Source: Nitrospirota bacterium
Lineage (GTDB): Bacteria > Nitrospirota > Thermodesulfovibrionia > Thermodesulfovibrionales > SM23-35
NCBI GenBank assembly: GCA_040757475.1
Contig: JBFLWW010000004.1
Coordinates: 31,676-95,675 of the forward strand
Direction of reading: 5' to 3'
Length of the DNA: 64,000 bases
Shown piece after piece: positions 24,690 to 34,479 of this stretch (its first letter is position 1; the number at the start of each line of letters is the position of its first letter). Under the pieces are notes generated by a model, which saw only the letters and a program-made list of their open reading frames with translations, was not told the origin of the DNA and searched no databases. A program made the translations under genes and the position numbers.

Positions 24690-26066
24690 TTGGCTGTTGT
24701 GCTCGTGGTTGATGATGAACCACTCCAGCGTGATATTCTCAAGACAATACTCGATGATGAGGGATATGAAACCTATACTGCCTCATCAGGTGAGGAAGGG
24801 CTGAGGATTGTAAAAGAGTTTAACCCTGATGTCGTTCTGACTGACCTCAAGATGGAAGGCATGAATGGTATAGAATTTATTGAATCCATGCCTAAGGAGC
24901 CTTTTGAGCCATCCATGGTCATTATGACCGCATATGGGACTATCTCATCGGCTGTGGAGGCAATTAAAAAGGGTGCATTTGACTATCTCACAAAGCCTCT
25001 TAATAAGGATGCGCTTCTGATAACAGTTAAAAAGGCAGTTGAAAGGGCAAATCTGCTGAAAGAAAATTTACAGCTTCAGAAGGCCCTGTTTGACAGATTC
25101 AAGATAGAAGGTATTATCGGTCATTCAAGAAAAATGGTGGAAGCAGTCGAGATTATGAAAAAAGTCTCTTCAAGCCCAGCAACAGTACTTATACTTGGAG
25201 AAAGTGGAACAGGTAAAGAGCTTGTGGCAAGAGCCATACACTATAACAGCCTGAGGCGTACAAAGCCATTCACAGCAATAAACTGTGCTGCAATTCCAGA
25301 GAACCTTCTTGAAAGTGAACTCTTTGGCTATGAAATAGGGGCATTTACCGGTGCCCTTTCGAGGAGAATAGGGCTTATCGAGGCTACAAACGGCGGTACA
25401 CTTTTCCTGGACGAAGTCGGAGACCTCCCCCAGATGACCCAGTCCAAGATATTGCGTGTACTACAGGACAAAGAGATAAGGAGGCTTGGCGGAAGGGATA
25501 CAATAAAGGTTGATGTAAGGATTATTACTGCAACAAACAGGGACATTGAGAAGGAATTGAGTAAGGGGGCGTTCAGAGAGGACCTTTATTACAGGCTGAA
25601 AGTCGTGACAATAGAGCTTCCACCCCTCCGAGAAAGGAAGGAAGACATACCTGAACTCATACTTTTCTTCCTTAAGAAGTACAATCAGGAGTTCAGTAAG
25701 AGGATAAAGAGGATTGATGAAGATGCAATGAAGGCGCTCATAGAATACCACTGGCCAGGGAATATAAGGCAACTTGAGTCTGTTATAGAGCGCGCAGTGC
25801 TTATGTGCGAGACTTCTTCTATAAACCTTAAAGACATAAGGGGCGAACTCAGGGTTTCAGGGGGGACAGGGTTCCTTGATTTCGATCTTCCAGATGATGG
25901 GATAATTTTTGAGGAGATGGAGAAAGAGCTCATGAAAAAGGCAATGACAAAAGCTGGTGGTGTGGCTGCAAAAGCGGCAAGGCTTCTCGGGATGAGCTAT
26001 AAGACCTTCTGGTACAGGTGGGAGAAGTTTAATCTCCATTCTCCAAAAAAGGATACCCTTTCCTAA
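24690..26066 (+). CDS. sigma-54-dependent response regulator (NtrC/AtoC family)
   Basis: The receiver domain has VLVVDDE…DLKMEGMNG. The AAA+ domain has GESGTGKE and ESELFGYEIGAFTGA (GAFTGA). There is a C-terminal Fis-type HTH. TTG start behind AGGGAGG. Confidence 0.9.
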   Translation: MAVVLVVDDEPLQRDILKTILDDEGYETYTASSGEEGLRIVKEFNPDVVLTDLKMEGMNGIEFIESMPKEPFEPSMVIMTAYGTISSAVEAIKKGAFDYLTKPLNKDALLITVKKAVERANLLKENLQLQKALFDRFKIEGIIGHSRKMVEAVEIMKKVSSSPATVLILGESGTGKELVARAIHYNSLRRTKPFTAINCAAIPENLLESELFGYEIGAFTGALSRRIGLIEATNGGTLFLDEVGDLPQMTQSKILRVLQDKEIRRLGGRDTIKVDVRIITATNRDIEKELSKGAFREDLYYRLKVVTIELPPLRERKEDIPELILFFLKKYNQEFSKRIKRIDEDAMKALIEYHWPGNIRQLESVIERAVLMCETSSINLKDIRGELRVSGGTGFLDFDLPDDGIIFEEMEKELMKKAMTKAGGVAAKAARLLGMSYKTFWYRWEKFNLHSPKKDTLS

Positions 26067-26074
26067 AAAGGGAT

Positions 26075-26110
26075 AAATGCAGGGGTGTATTGCAATGCAC
26101 CCCTGCATTT
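26075..26110 (+). terminator. 13-bp perfect stem hairpin after the regulator gene
   Basis: AAATGCAGGGGTG-N10-CACCCCTGCATTT lies 9 nt after the stop. The trailing T-tract is weak. Confidence 0.5.
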
Positions 26111-26126
26111 ATAGGCAATTTAGCTC

Positions 26127-26141
26127 TGGCATACTTATTGT
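26127..26141 (+). promoter_or_regulatory. weak sigma-54 promoter candidate
   Basis: TGGCAT-N5-TTGT, compared with the consensus TGGCAC-N5-TTGC. It lies ~45 nt upstream of ATG 26187 and just downstream of a sigma-54 activator gene. The -12 GC is imperfect. Confidence 0.3.
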
Positions 26142-26186
26142 ATAATATTATTCTTGGTTTATTTCTGAAGAAAGGAGATGATTTTA

Positions 26187-26603
26187 ATGAAGAAGGCGAT
26201 AGCGATTATCGTAGCAGTACTCTTTGTATTTGCCCTTACCTCTATATCCTTTGCAGCAGAGGAGAAAAAGGCAGCCCCTGTACCAGCAGAGAAGAAGGCT
26301 GAGCCTGCAAAACCAGCCGAAAAGAAGCCAGCAGTAAAGATAAGACAGGTTACAGGCGAGGTCAAGGCAGTAGATGCAGTGGCCAAGACCATTACTGTAG
26401 CCAAGAAGGTGAAGGATAAGGTCGAGGAGACTGTTGTCACAGTTGATGATAAGACCAAGATTACCTTAGGTAAGGAGAAAAAGACACTCGTAGATGTGAA
26501 GGTCGGTGATAAGGTGACTGTCAAGTATCAAGTGGTTGACGGCAAGAATGTAGCAAAGAGTGTGGCTATCAAGCCACCTGCAGAACCAGCTGAGAAGAAA
26601 TAA
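26187..26603 (+). CDS. secreted Lys/Pro/Ala-rich protein of unknown function
   Basis: Signal peptide MKKAIAIIVAVLFVFALTSISFA, (P)AEKK repeats at both ends and a beta-rich core. AGGAG lies before ATG 26187. Confidence 0.6.
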   Translation: MKKAIAIIVAVLFVFALTSISFAAEEKKAAPVPAEKKAEPAKPAEKKPAVKIRQVTGEVKAVDAVAKTITVAKKVKDKVEETVVTVDDKTKITLGKEKKTLVDVKVGDKVTVKYQVVDGKNVAKSVAIKPPAEPAEKK

Positions 26604-26615
26604 TTTTAGTGCATT

Positions 26616-26644
26616 GCGAAGGGTGACACATAGTCACCCTTCGC
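26616..26644 (+). terminator. 12-bp perfect stem hairpin
   Basis: GCGAAGGGTGAC-ACATA-GTCACCCTTCGC lies 13 nt after the stop. Confidence 0.5.
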
Positions 26645-26758
26645 AAACCCTCTTAAATCTCCTTATGACATAAAAATTAAAAAATCAAAAATTTTAAATT
26701 TTGCATTTTTAATTTCCTAATCATTTATAATAACCAGCAAAAAAATCAGGAGGTAGTC

Positions 26759-27934
26759 TTGAAAACAAAGGTCTCTATTAAACTCGCTTCACGTGTAAAA
26801 CATCTTCCACCTTATCTATTCGTATCTATAGATGAGATGAAACAGAAGGCAATCTCGAAAGGTGTGGACCTCATAGACTTTAGCATAGGTGACCCTGATA
26901 TTCCTACCCCATCACATATTGTTGAAGCTATGAAGAAGGCTGTCGAAAAACCTGTTCATCATCGCTATCCTTCCTGTGAGGGCATGCTTTCTTACAGGGA
27001 GGCTGTTGCTAAGTGGTATAAGACGAGGTTCAGGGTCAGTCTTGACCCGAAGACAGAGGTGCTTTCTCTAATAGGTTCAAAGGAGGGTATAGGCCATATT
27101 CCATTGGCATTTATTGATCCGGGCGACATAGCGCTCGTACCATCTCCAGGTTATCCTGTTTATCCTATAGGCACATTGTTTGCTGGCGGTGAAAGCTATA
27201 TAATGCCTCTGAGAGAAGAGAATCACTTCCTGCCTGATTTCAAGTCAATACCCAGTAAGGTATTTATAAAGGCAAAACTGATGTTCATAAATTATCCCAA
27301 TAACCCTACTTCTGCTGTAGCACCGAGAAAATTCTATAGGGAGGTTATAGACCTCGCGCTAAAATACAACATCATAGTATGCCACGATACTTCATATTCC
27401 GAGATATATTACGATAATGAAAAGCCGTTGAGTTTCATGGAGATTGCTGGTGCAAAGGATACAGGCATTGAGTTCCATTCGCTCTCAAAGACATATAACA
27501 TGACAGGATGGAGGATAGGGTTTGTTGTGGGTAACAGGGAGGTCATAGCAGGTCTCGGCAAGATAAAGACGAATCTGGACTCAGGAGTCTTCCAGGCCAT
27601 ACAAGAAGCAGCCATAACTGCACTTGCTACAGATAACAGGATTCTCTCAGATATAAGGAAAATATACCAAGAGAGAAGAGATACACTTTATAGTGGGTTG
27701 AAAAAACTTGGCATGCATCTGATTAAGCCCCGTGCGACTTTCTACATCTGGACAAAAGTGCCACCCGGTTTTAATTCAACGAGTTTTGCGACCCATCTCC
27801 TGAATAAGGTAGGAGTGCTGGTAACACCTGGCAATGGTTTTGGTGCGCCAGGCGAAGGATATGTCAGGTTTGCGTTAACTGTGCCTGTGGAGAGGATTAA
27901 AGAGGCAGTGGAGAGGATTGGGAGGTGCCTATAG
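26759..27934 (+). CDS. class I PLP aminotransferase, LL-diaminopimelate aminotransferase-like
   Basis: LPPYLFVSIDEMK…DLIDFSIGDPDIPTP, the NNPT motif and SLSKTYNMTGWRIGF (PLP lysine). TTG start behind AGGAGG. Confidence 0.8.
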   Translation: MKTKVSIKLASRVKHLPPYLFVSIDEMKQKAISKGVDLIDFSIGDPDIPTPSHIVEAMKKAVEKPVHHRYPSCEGMLSYREAVAKWYKTRFRVSLDPKTEVLSLIGSKEGIGHIPLAFIDPGDIALVPSPGYPVYPIGTLFAGGESYIMPLREENHFLPDFKSIPSKVFIKAKLMFINYPNNPTSAVAPRKFYREVIDLALKYNIIVCHDTSYSEIYYDNEKPLSFMEIAGAKDTGIEFHSLSKTYNMTGWRIGFVVGNREVIAGLGKIKTNLDSGVFQAIQEAAITALATDNRILSDIRKIYQERRDTLYSGLKKLGMHLIKPRATFYIWTKVPPGFNSTSFATHLLNKVGVLVTPGNGFGAPGEGYVRFALTVPVERIKEAVERIGRCL

Positions 27935-28425
27935 CATATATCAGTATCGGCTCCAATCTCGGTAACAGGCAGGATAACTGTCTTCGTGCAATCAAACTCC
28001 TGCAAAAAAGGGGTATAACTGTCACAAAGCGTTCTTCCATGTATGAGACAGCGCCATGGGGTATGGAAAACCAGTCCAGGTTTATCAATATGGCAATAGA
28101 GGTCAAAGTAGAAGCTGAGAAGTTGGGAAAGGGAGAAGAAGGGGCAAAGGAACTGCTAAAGATACTTAAAGAGATAGAGAAGGAACTCGGAAGAGAGAAA
28201 ACATCAAAGTGGGGACCCCGTGTTATTGACCTTGATATCCTCTTTTACGATAATCTGGTAATTAAAGGGCCTGACCTAAGGGTTCCACATCCATTCATGC
28301 ATGAGCGCGGGTTTGTTTTAAAACCCCTGTGTGAGATAGCACCTGATAAAATACATCCTGTATTAAAGAAAACGATTAAAAAGCTTCTTTTTTTACAAAG
28401 TCACCAAAACCCTTCAAGACCTTGA
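27925..28425 (+). CDS. folK: 2-amino-4-hydroxy-6-hydroxymethyldihydropteridine diphosphokinase
   Basis: AYISIGSNLGN…ETAPWG…FINMAIEV…GPRVIDLDILFY…PHPFMHERGFVLKPL. There is an extra charged segment at 28100-28150. Confidence 0.85.
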   Translation: MPIAYISIGSNLGNRQDNCLRAIKLLQKRGITVTKRSSMYETAPWGMENQSRFINMAIEVKVEAEKLGKGEEGAKELLKILKEIEKELGREKTSKWGPRVIDLDILFYDNLVIKGPDLRVPHPFMHERGFVLKPLCEIAPDKIHPVLKKTIKKLLFLQSHQNPSRP

Positions 28426-29008
28426 GGCCAAGTTCCTGACTCTTTTCAGGGTGAAACTGTGTTGCAAAGATATTCTCCTTCCAGACCATAGAGGTGAAGG
28501 TTATACCGTACTCAGTTGTAGTTGCAACTACATCATTATCATCAGGCAGGACATAGAAGGAGTGGACAAAATAGAAAAACGCCTCATCCTGTATGCCACC
28601 AAAGATTGGAGGCCTTCTCAGGATCTTTACTGTATTCCAACCCATGTGTGGAATCTTTAAACGCCGCTCTGTATCTTTAAATCTAAATTTTACAACCTTT
28701 CCACTGAGGATATTTAATCCTTTACATACACCGAACTCCTCTGATTCAGTGAATAATACCTGAAGTCCCAGGCAGATGCCGAGATAGGGTTTGCCTTTCT
28801 GTATCGCCCTCACAATCGGCTCTGTGAGGGACATATCAGTGAGGTTTTCCATACAGTCCCTGAATGCACCAACACCAGGAAGGACAATTCCATCTGCGTC
28901 ATCAATATCCCTATGGTTGGAGGTCACCTTCACATCCACACCAACCTTCTGGAAGCCTTTCTCAACGCTTCTCAGATTTCCCATCCCATAGTCAACAATC
29001 GCTATCAT
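28376..29008 (-). CDS. hisH: imidazole glycerol phosphate synthase, glutamine amidotransferase subunit
   Basis: MIAIVDYGMGNLRSV…LPGVGAF…GICLGLQ…QFHPEKS. Confidence 0.9.
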   Translation of the reverse strand: MIAIVDYGMGNLRSVEKGFQKVGVDVKVTSNHRDIDDADGIVLPGVGAFRDCMENLTDMSLTEPIVRAIQKGKPYLGICLGLQVLFTESEEFGVCKGLNILSGKVVKFRFKDTERRLKIPHMGWNTVKILRRPPIFGGIQDEAFFYFVHSFYVLPDDNDVVATTTEYGITFTSMVWKENIFATQFHPEKSQELGLKVLKGFGDFVKKEAF

Positions 29009-29011
29009 GAT

Positions 29012-29760
29012 TTAAAGCCGTATAATATGCACCGAGCATGAGATACAGGGGTCATAAGCTCGAATTAGGGTTTCGAGGTCATGCCTGATATCCTTTTTCT
29101 CTTTGATTAATTCTTCTGCAAGGATTTTTAAATTTCTTTCCATATCAGACAGGTTTAAAGATGGTTGCCTTGCACCGCACCCACCCCTTGTTACAGGCCC
29201 CATACATGGAAGTCTCCTGTAATGCAAGAGACATTCGTTCTCTCTCATCTTGCATTCCATACATACAGAATAATTCGGCACCTCAGGCAGAACACCTTTC
29301 AACAGATAGCCAAGGCAGTGTAAAAAATAGTTCTTATCAATCGGACAACCTGGTATTGAGAAATCTATCGCAATAAATTCCCTCACCGCTCTGGGAAATC
29401 GCAGGGCTATATCTTCACCTGTCTCTTTATAAACATCCCTGAGCCACTCACACCTTTCCTCCGGCCCCTCGCTACAATCCCTCCTGTGGATGCGCATGTA
29501 CCAATCGGTATTAGATATTTAACCCTTTTCCTTAAGTCTTTCAGAAACTCTATCTCTTCATCCCTGGTCACTGCACCCTCTACAAAAGCGATGTCCGGGG
29601 TCTCACCTGTTGAGGGCATAGCAACATTCATGTCAACAACCTTTATCCACTTAAGCACTGTCAGTAAATCCTCCTCTATATTTGCTATTTCGAGGATATC
29701 TCCAGAGCAGGAAGTAAGGGAGTATAGACCTATTTGGGATTTATCCATTGCGAGAGACAT
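29012..29760 (-). pseudogene. decayed [NiFe]-hydrogenase small (delta-type) subunit, frameshifted and fused to the last ~45 codons of a large subunit
   Basis: There are two overlapping frames. The first reads …IGTCASTGGIVA. The second reads …IPGCPIDKNYF…VCMECKMRENECLL…PCMGPVTRGGCGARQPS. The tail is …LETLIRAYDPCISCSVHIIRL, the large-subunit DPCxxCxxH terminus. Confidence 0.7.
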
Positions 29761-29762
29761 CT

Positions 29763-30092
29763 TCAAAATATCTCCGGAAGATTTATTGCATCCCAGTAGG
29801 TGAAAATAGGGCCCTCTATGCATGTATACTTATGCCCTACAACACAGTGACCGCACTTCCCCAGACCACATTCCATCCTTCTTTCAAGAGACATGTATAT
29901 CCTACCCTTTGAGTATCCAAGGTCGAGGAGTTTCTTCAGGACAAACTTATAGAATATCGGCGGGCCGCATACAGCTACAGATGTGTTTTTAAGCGGCATG
30001 TCTATCATATCAAGTAAATCTGTAACCCTGCCCACATGGTGTCCCTTCCATAAAGTGCCTTCCTCTACTCTATCTACAGATCGGACAGACCA
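29763..30092 (-). pseudogene. C-terminal fragment of a hydrogenase gamma-type (FAD/NAD plus 2Fe-2S) subunit
   Basis: Only ~100 codons are open (…VAVCGPPIFY…ECGLGKCGHCVVG…). The upstream part of the frame is closed by TGA at 30093-30095. Confidence 0.65.
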
Positions 30093-30807
30093 TCACACAA
30101 CTGCCGCAGAAGAGACACTTCTTGCTGTACTCCTCCCATATCTCACTCTTATACTCGAGTGTAAGGAGTTCTGCGAGGTTGGTTATATCAACAATCCTGA
30201 TAAACTTTGAATCTCTAATCTTTATCCTTTCTTTATATTCAGCGATATCCATCTCTGTGCATTCCTTAAATAGTTCGGGCTTTAACCTGACCATATCATC
30301 ACCGAGGGCGGTCCTCACAGTAACCATATAAACATTATCAAGAGTGTAAAGGAAGATGTTATATACGCTTTCGATAAAATCAGTATGCATTGATTTGCAA
30401 AGGCAGTATCTATCAGGAAGGCAACTAAACCCGATGATGCCTATTTTCTCCCGCCTCTGCCAGTAGAAACTGTCTCTTCCCTTATATGAGAATGCCCTGT
30501 CAAGGATATCAATGCCGTGGAGGTCGCATGGATGCAGGCCGAAAAGTATGTAGTCAGCATTATCTATAGAGCAAGAATTGATATTAAAGTCATTACCTAT
30601 GTTAAACAGACTTTCTTTTGGAAGGAAAAAGAACTTTTTGGGCGGGAGGATTGTCCTCAAAAACTCGAGAGCTACTTTGTCAAAACTGGAATAATGAGAA
30701 AATGTGTATGTTTTCTCCCTTTTCTTTTCGGGAACAACAAGCCTGAATTCCCTGCTCAGGGCATTGAGGAATTTAGACAGCTTCTTCTCTAAGGTCAAAA
30801 ATATCAT
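30070..30807 (-). pseudogene. truncated hydrogenase beta-type (AsrA/HydB-like Fe-S) subunit
   Basis: PPKKFFFLPKE…ILFGLHPCDLHGIDILD…CLCKS. It ends inside the first ferredoxin motif (CLFCGSCVMVCPICR-stop). Confidence 0.65.
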
Positions 30808-30953
30808 AACTAATTATCTTATCGGTAAAAAAGGGTTATTACCTTAATGACTATGTCTAATTTTAAGGCTTTACATATAATAATTCAATTCCAAAATCGC
30901 AAAAATGCAAAAATAAAATAGCCTGTATCTAAATTTAATAGTATAATTTCGAT

Positions 30954-31796
30954 ATGTATAAGAAGATACTCGCCGCAATAAATGAATACCTGAACTCAGA
31001 GATTGCTGCAAAATATGCCCTGAACCTTGCAAGGATATGTGGTAGCAAACTCTATCTGTGTTTTATCGCAGAAAAGGGGTTATCAGGAGAAGGTTTTAAC
31101 AGGGCTGAAGATACTATAAAGCGGCTGTTTATTCAGGCAGACACGCTTGGTGTTGAGGCTGAGATTATTACAGAGAGTGGAGACCCTGTCAGAAAAATAG
31201 GAGAGATTGTAAGGCATGAGGATATAGATATTGTCTTTGCTGCAACGAGGAGGGAGGATATTGAACGAAGATTCTATGCCAGCACAGTAGCAAGGAGTCT
31301 CTCTCTCAGTCTTCCATGTTCTGTGGCACTTGTGAGGATTGTGCATATCGGGAAGATACATCCCAAAAAGATACTTGTGCCTCTAAAGGCCCGGGTCAAT
31401 CATGTAAAGGAAAGGGCATATTTTACAGCAAAGATTGCCGAGGCATTTAGCTCTGAGGTCTTTATATTTCATACACCTAAACCAATCTCAAAATTCTTTC
31501 ATGGTGAGATACACTTCTCACCCCTTGAATGGGAAAAACATCTGCCTTTAGATATCTCTCATTTCATGGAACATATGAAGAGGTATAAGGTAATGCATGG
31601 TAGAAGGATTTTACCGGGGAAAGCTGGAAAGTCAATCACGGTCGAGGCATTCGCAAAGAGACATGACCTGATAATAATGGGGGCGAGCCAGAGAAGTCTT
31701 CTTAGCTCTATTTTAAAAGGTAATCCTGTCGAAGAGGTCTTAAGGGAAACGCCATGCGACCTGATAATCTTCAGACCCAGACATGAAGATACATAG
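30954..31796 (+). CDS. tandem universal stress protein (UspA family)
   Basis: Two Usp-like halves (…KILAAINE…, …KILVPLKA…GASQRSLLSSILKGNPVEEVLRETPCDLIIF). Confidence 0.8.
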   Translation: MYKKILAAINEYLNSEIAAKYALNLARICGSKLYLCFIAEKGLSGEGFNRAEDTIKRLFIQADTLGVEAEIITESGDPVRKIGEIVRHEDIDIVFAATRREDIERRFYASTVARSLSLSLPCSVALVRIVHIGKIHPKKILVPLKARVNHVKERAYFTAKIAEAFSSEVFIFHTPKPISKFFHGEIHFSPLEWEKHLPLDISHFMEHMKRYKVMHGRRILPGKAGKSITVEAFAKRHDLIIMGASQRSLLSSILKGNPVEEVLRETPCDLIIFRPRHEDT

Positions 31797-34467
31797 CCTT
31801 CCTCCTGAAGATGTACTAAAACAACTCATTGTATCAGAACAGGGACTCACAGAGAAAGAGGCTGAAAAGCGTCTTGCTGAATTCGGTCCGAATGAGATAA
31901 AAGAGGTTAAGAAAAAACCTCTTATTATTAGATTAATAGAGCAGTTCACTCACTTCCTTGCCGTACTCCTCTGGATAGCTGCATTCTTTTCCTTCCTATC
32001 AGAGTACCTCCATCCTGGAGAGGGGATGCTTACACTGGGTCTTGCTATCGTCATTGTTATTTTTATTAATGCTATTTTTACATTCATCCAGGAATACAGA
32101 GCTGAAAAGGCCCTTGAAGCCCTGAAAAGACTGCTTCCTTTTTATGTAAAGGCACTACGTGACGGTAAGGAAAAGGAGATACATGCACGGGATATTGTGC
32201 CTGGTGATATCATCTTTCTCTCAGAAGGGGATAAGGTTCCTGTAGACGCAAGGCTTATAGAGACATCAGGACTGATGGTGAATAATGCACCGCTAACAGG
32301 AGAGTCAGAGCCTATGCCGAGGGTTTCGGATAAGTTTGATGGAGAGCTAATAGAGAGCCCTAATGTGGTATTTGCAGGCACATCTGTTGTGAGCGGCTCA
32401 GGTAAGGCTGTTGTCTTTGCAACAGGGATGCAGACAGAATTCGGCCGCATTGCGCATCTTACAGGTGCAGTAGAGTCAGGGCTCAGTCCCCTCCAGATAG
32501 AGATAATAAAGGTAACAAGGATTATTGCTGTTATTGCAACAGTTATGGGTGTCTTCTTCTTTGCATTAGGTTATTTCATGGGGAGAACCTTCTGGGAAAA
32601 TTTTATATTTGCTATCGGAATTATTGTTGCTAATGTCCCTGAGGGACTCCTACCGACGGTTACACTCTCACTGGCTATGGGAAGTCAGAGGATGGCAAAG
32701 AGAAAGGCACTCATAAAGACCCTTACATCTGTTGAGGCCCTCGGCTCTGTAACAGTGATATGCACGGACAAGACAGGGACGCTAACACAGAACAGGATGA
32801 CTGTGAGAAAGATATGGTTCGATAACAAAATTATAGGACTTGATGATGCAGATGCAAGGCATGCAGGTGAACTTATGAAGATTGCCTATCTATGTAACAA
32901 TGCGAAATTTATTGACGGGCAATACAGAGGAGATCCAACTGAAGTTGCACTGTTTAAGGCTGCAAAAGAGACCATTGGTGATTTAAAATTAGAGCGAATA
33001 TCAGAAATACCTTTTGATTCGGAGAGAAAGAGGATGACAACAGTGAATATGGTTGGTGAGAAACGCATTGTATTTACAAAAGGCGCGCTAGAGGGACTCC
33101 TTCCTTTATGCAGCCACATGCTGATAAAGGGTGAAAAGATACCAATGGATGATGTCCTCAGAGAAAAGGTAGTAGATGCATACCATTCGTTGATGGATGT
33201 GGGGTTAAGGGTTTTAGCATTTACATACAAGGAACTTGAAAATCGTAATGAGTCAGGCGTAATGAGTAATGAGTTAAAAGACAAAAACTCATCACTCATC
33301 CCTGATGAGATCGAAAATAACATGGTTCTCGTTGGCCTCATCGGACTTGAAGACCCTCCACGACCTGAAGTCCCTGAAGCCATAAAAAAATGTCATGAGG
33401 CAGGAATAAAGGTAATCATGATCACAGGTGATGGAAGTCGCACAGCCGAAGCAATTGCGAGTGAGATAGGACTTATTAAAGGGAGACCTGTTATTGTCGA
33501 GGGCCATAAGTTTACGAAGATGGATGACAGGGAACTAAGAGAAGTCCTTAAGGAGAAAGAGGTTATATTTGCCCGCATGACACCAAAGCACAAGATGAGG
33601 GTCGTCTCTATACTGAAGGAGGAAGGCAAAAGGGTTGCTGTAACAGGTGATGGTGTAAATGATGCGCCTGCATTGAAAAAGGCAGATATTGGAATAGCAA
33701 TGGGTATTGCAGGGACAGATGTGGCAAAAGAGTCAGCAGATATGATACTTCTTGATGACAACTTTGCTACTATTGTGAATGCTATTGAAGAGGGCAGAGC
33801 TGTTTATGAAAATATCAGGAAGTTCATAAGTTACATCTTCTCATCAAATATCCCTGAGATTATCCCATATATTGCCTATGTCATCTTTAGAATTCCCCTT
33901 CCACTCACTATAATACAGATATTCGCTATTGACCTTGGTACTGACATGCTTCCTGCACTTGCACTCGGTGCTGAAAAACCAACACCAGAGCTTATGTCAC
34001 AACCTCCAAGAAGTCCAAAGGAAAGACTGCTCAATTTAAAACTTTTACGTAGGGCATATCTTTTTCTCGGACCAACCGAGGCAGCAGCAGGACTATTTGG
34101 ATTCTTCTATGTATTAAAAACAGGCGGATGGCAGTGGGGTGAGATGCTTCCTGTAAGTAATATTCTATACATGCAGGCAACAACCGCCTGCCTCACTGCA
34201 GTAGTAGTTACACAGGTCGCCAATGTCTTTGCATGCCGCTCATACAGGGAATCCGTATTCAACATAGGACTATTTTCAAACAAGCTGATATTTGCAGGTA
34301 TCGCAGTAGAGCTCATCCTCCAGCTTTTCATTGTCTACCATCCTGTTGGCAATAAAATATTCTCTACGTATCCTATACCCGTGACTGTCTGGCTTGTCCT
34401 AATCCCATTCGCCTTTATACTCTTCTTCTCCGAGGAATTTAGGAAGCTCATCGTGAGAAGGTTTTAA
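31783..34467 (+). CDS. cation-transporting P-type ATPase (type II, Ca2+/Mg2+-like)
   Basis: TGES, ICTDKTGTLTQN, MITGD and VAVTGDGVNDAPALKKADIG. It overlaps the usp gene by 14 nt. There is a heptamer hairpin insertion at 33244-33310. Confidence 0.9.
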   Translation: MKIHSLPPEDVLKQLIVSEQGLTEKEAEKRLAEFGPNEIKEVKKKPLIIRLIEQFTHFLAVLLWIAAFFSFLSEYLHPGEGMLTLGLAIVIVIFINAIFTFIQEYRAEKALEALKRLLPFYVKALRDGKEKEIHARDIVPGDIIFLSEGDKVPVDARLIETSGLMVNNAPLTGESEPMPRVSDKFDGELIESPNVVFAGTSVVSGSGKAVVFATGMQTEFGRIAHLTGAVESGLSPLQIEIIKVTRIIAVIATVMGVFFFALGYFMGRTFWENFIFAIGIIVANVPEGLLPTVTLSLAMGSQRMAKRKALIKTLTSVEALGSVTVICTDKTGTLTQNRMTVRKIWFDNKIIGLDDADARHAGELMKIAYLCNNAKFIDGQYRGDPTEVALFKAAKETIGDLKLERISEIPFDSERKRMTTVNMVGEKRIVFTKGALEGLLPLCSHMLIKGEKIPMDDVLREKVVDAYHSLMDVGLRVLAFTYKELENRNESGVMSNELKDKNSSLIPDEIENNMVLVGLIGLEDPPRPEVPEAIKKCHEAGIKVIMITGDGSRTAEAIASEIGLIKGRPVIVEGHKFTKMDDRELREVLKEKEVIFARMTPKHKMRVVSILKEEGKRVAVTGDGVNDAPALKKADIGIAMGIAGTDVAKESADMILLDDNFATIVNAIEEGRAVYENIRKFISYIFSSNIPEIIPYIAYVIFRIPLPLTIIQIFAIDLGTDMLPALALGAEKPTPELMSQPPRSPKERLLNLKLLRRAYLFLGPTEAAAGLFGFFYVLKTGGWQWGEMLPVSNILYMQATTACLTAVVVTQVANVFACRSYRESVFNIGLFSNKLIFAGIAVELILQLFIVYHPVGNKIFSTYPIPVTVWLVLIPFAFILFFSEEFRKLIVRRF

Positions 34468-34479
34468 GGCAAAATCGCA

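Noticed and set aside
26159-26524. 121-aa antisense ORF opposite the (P)AEKK-repeat gene
   Set aside because: It is a low-complexity mirror-frame artefact. The plus-strand gene has an RBS, a signal peptide and flanking terminators.
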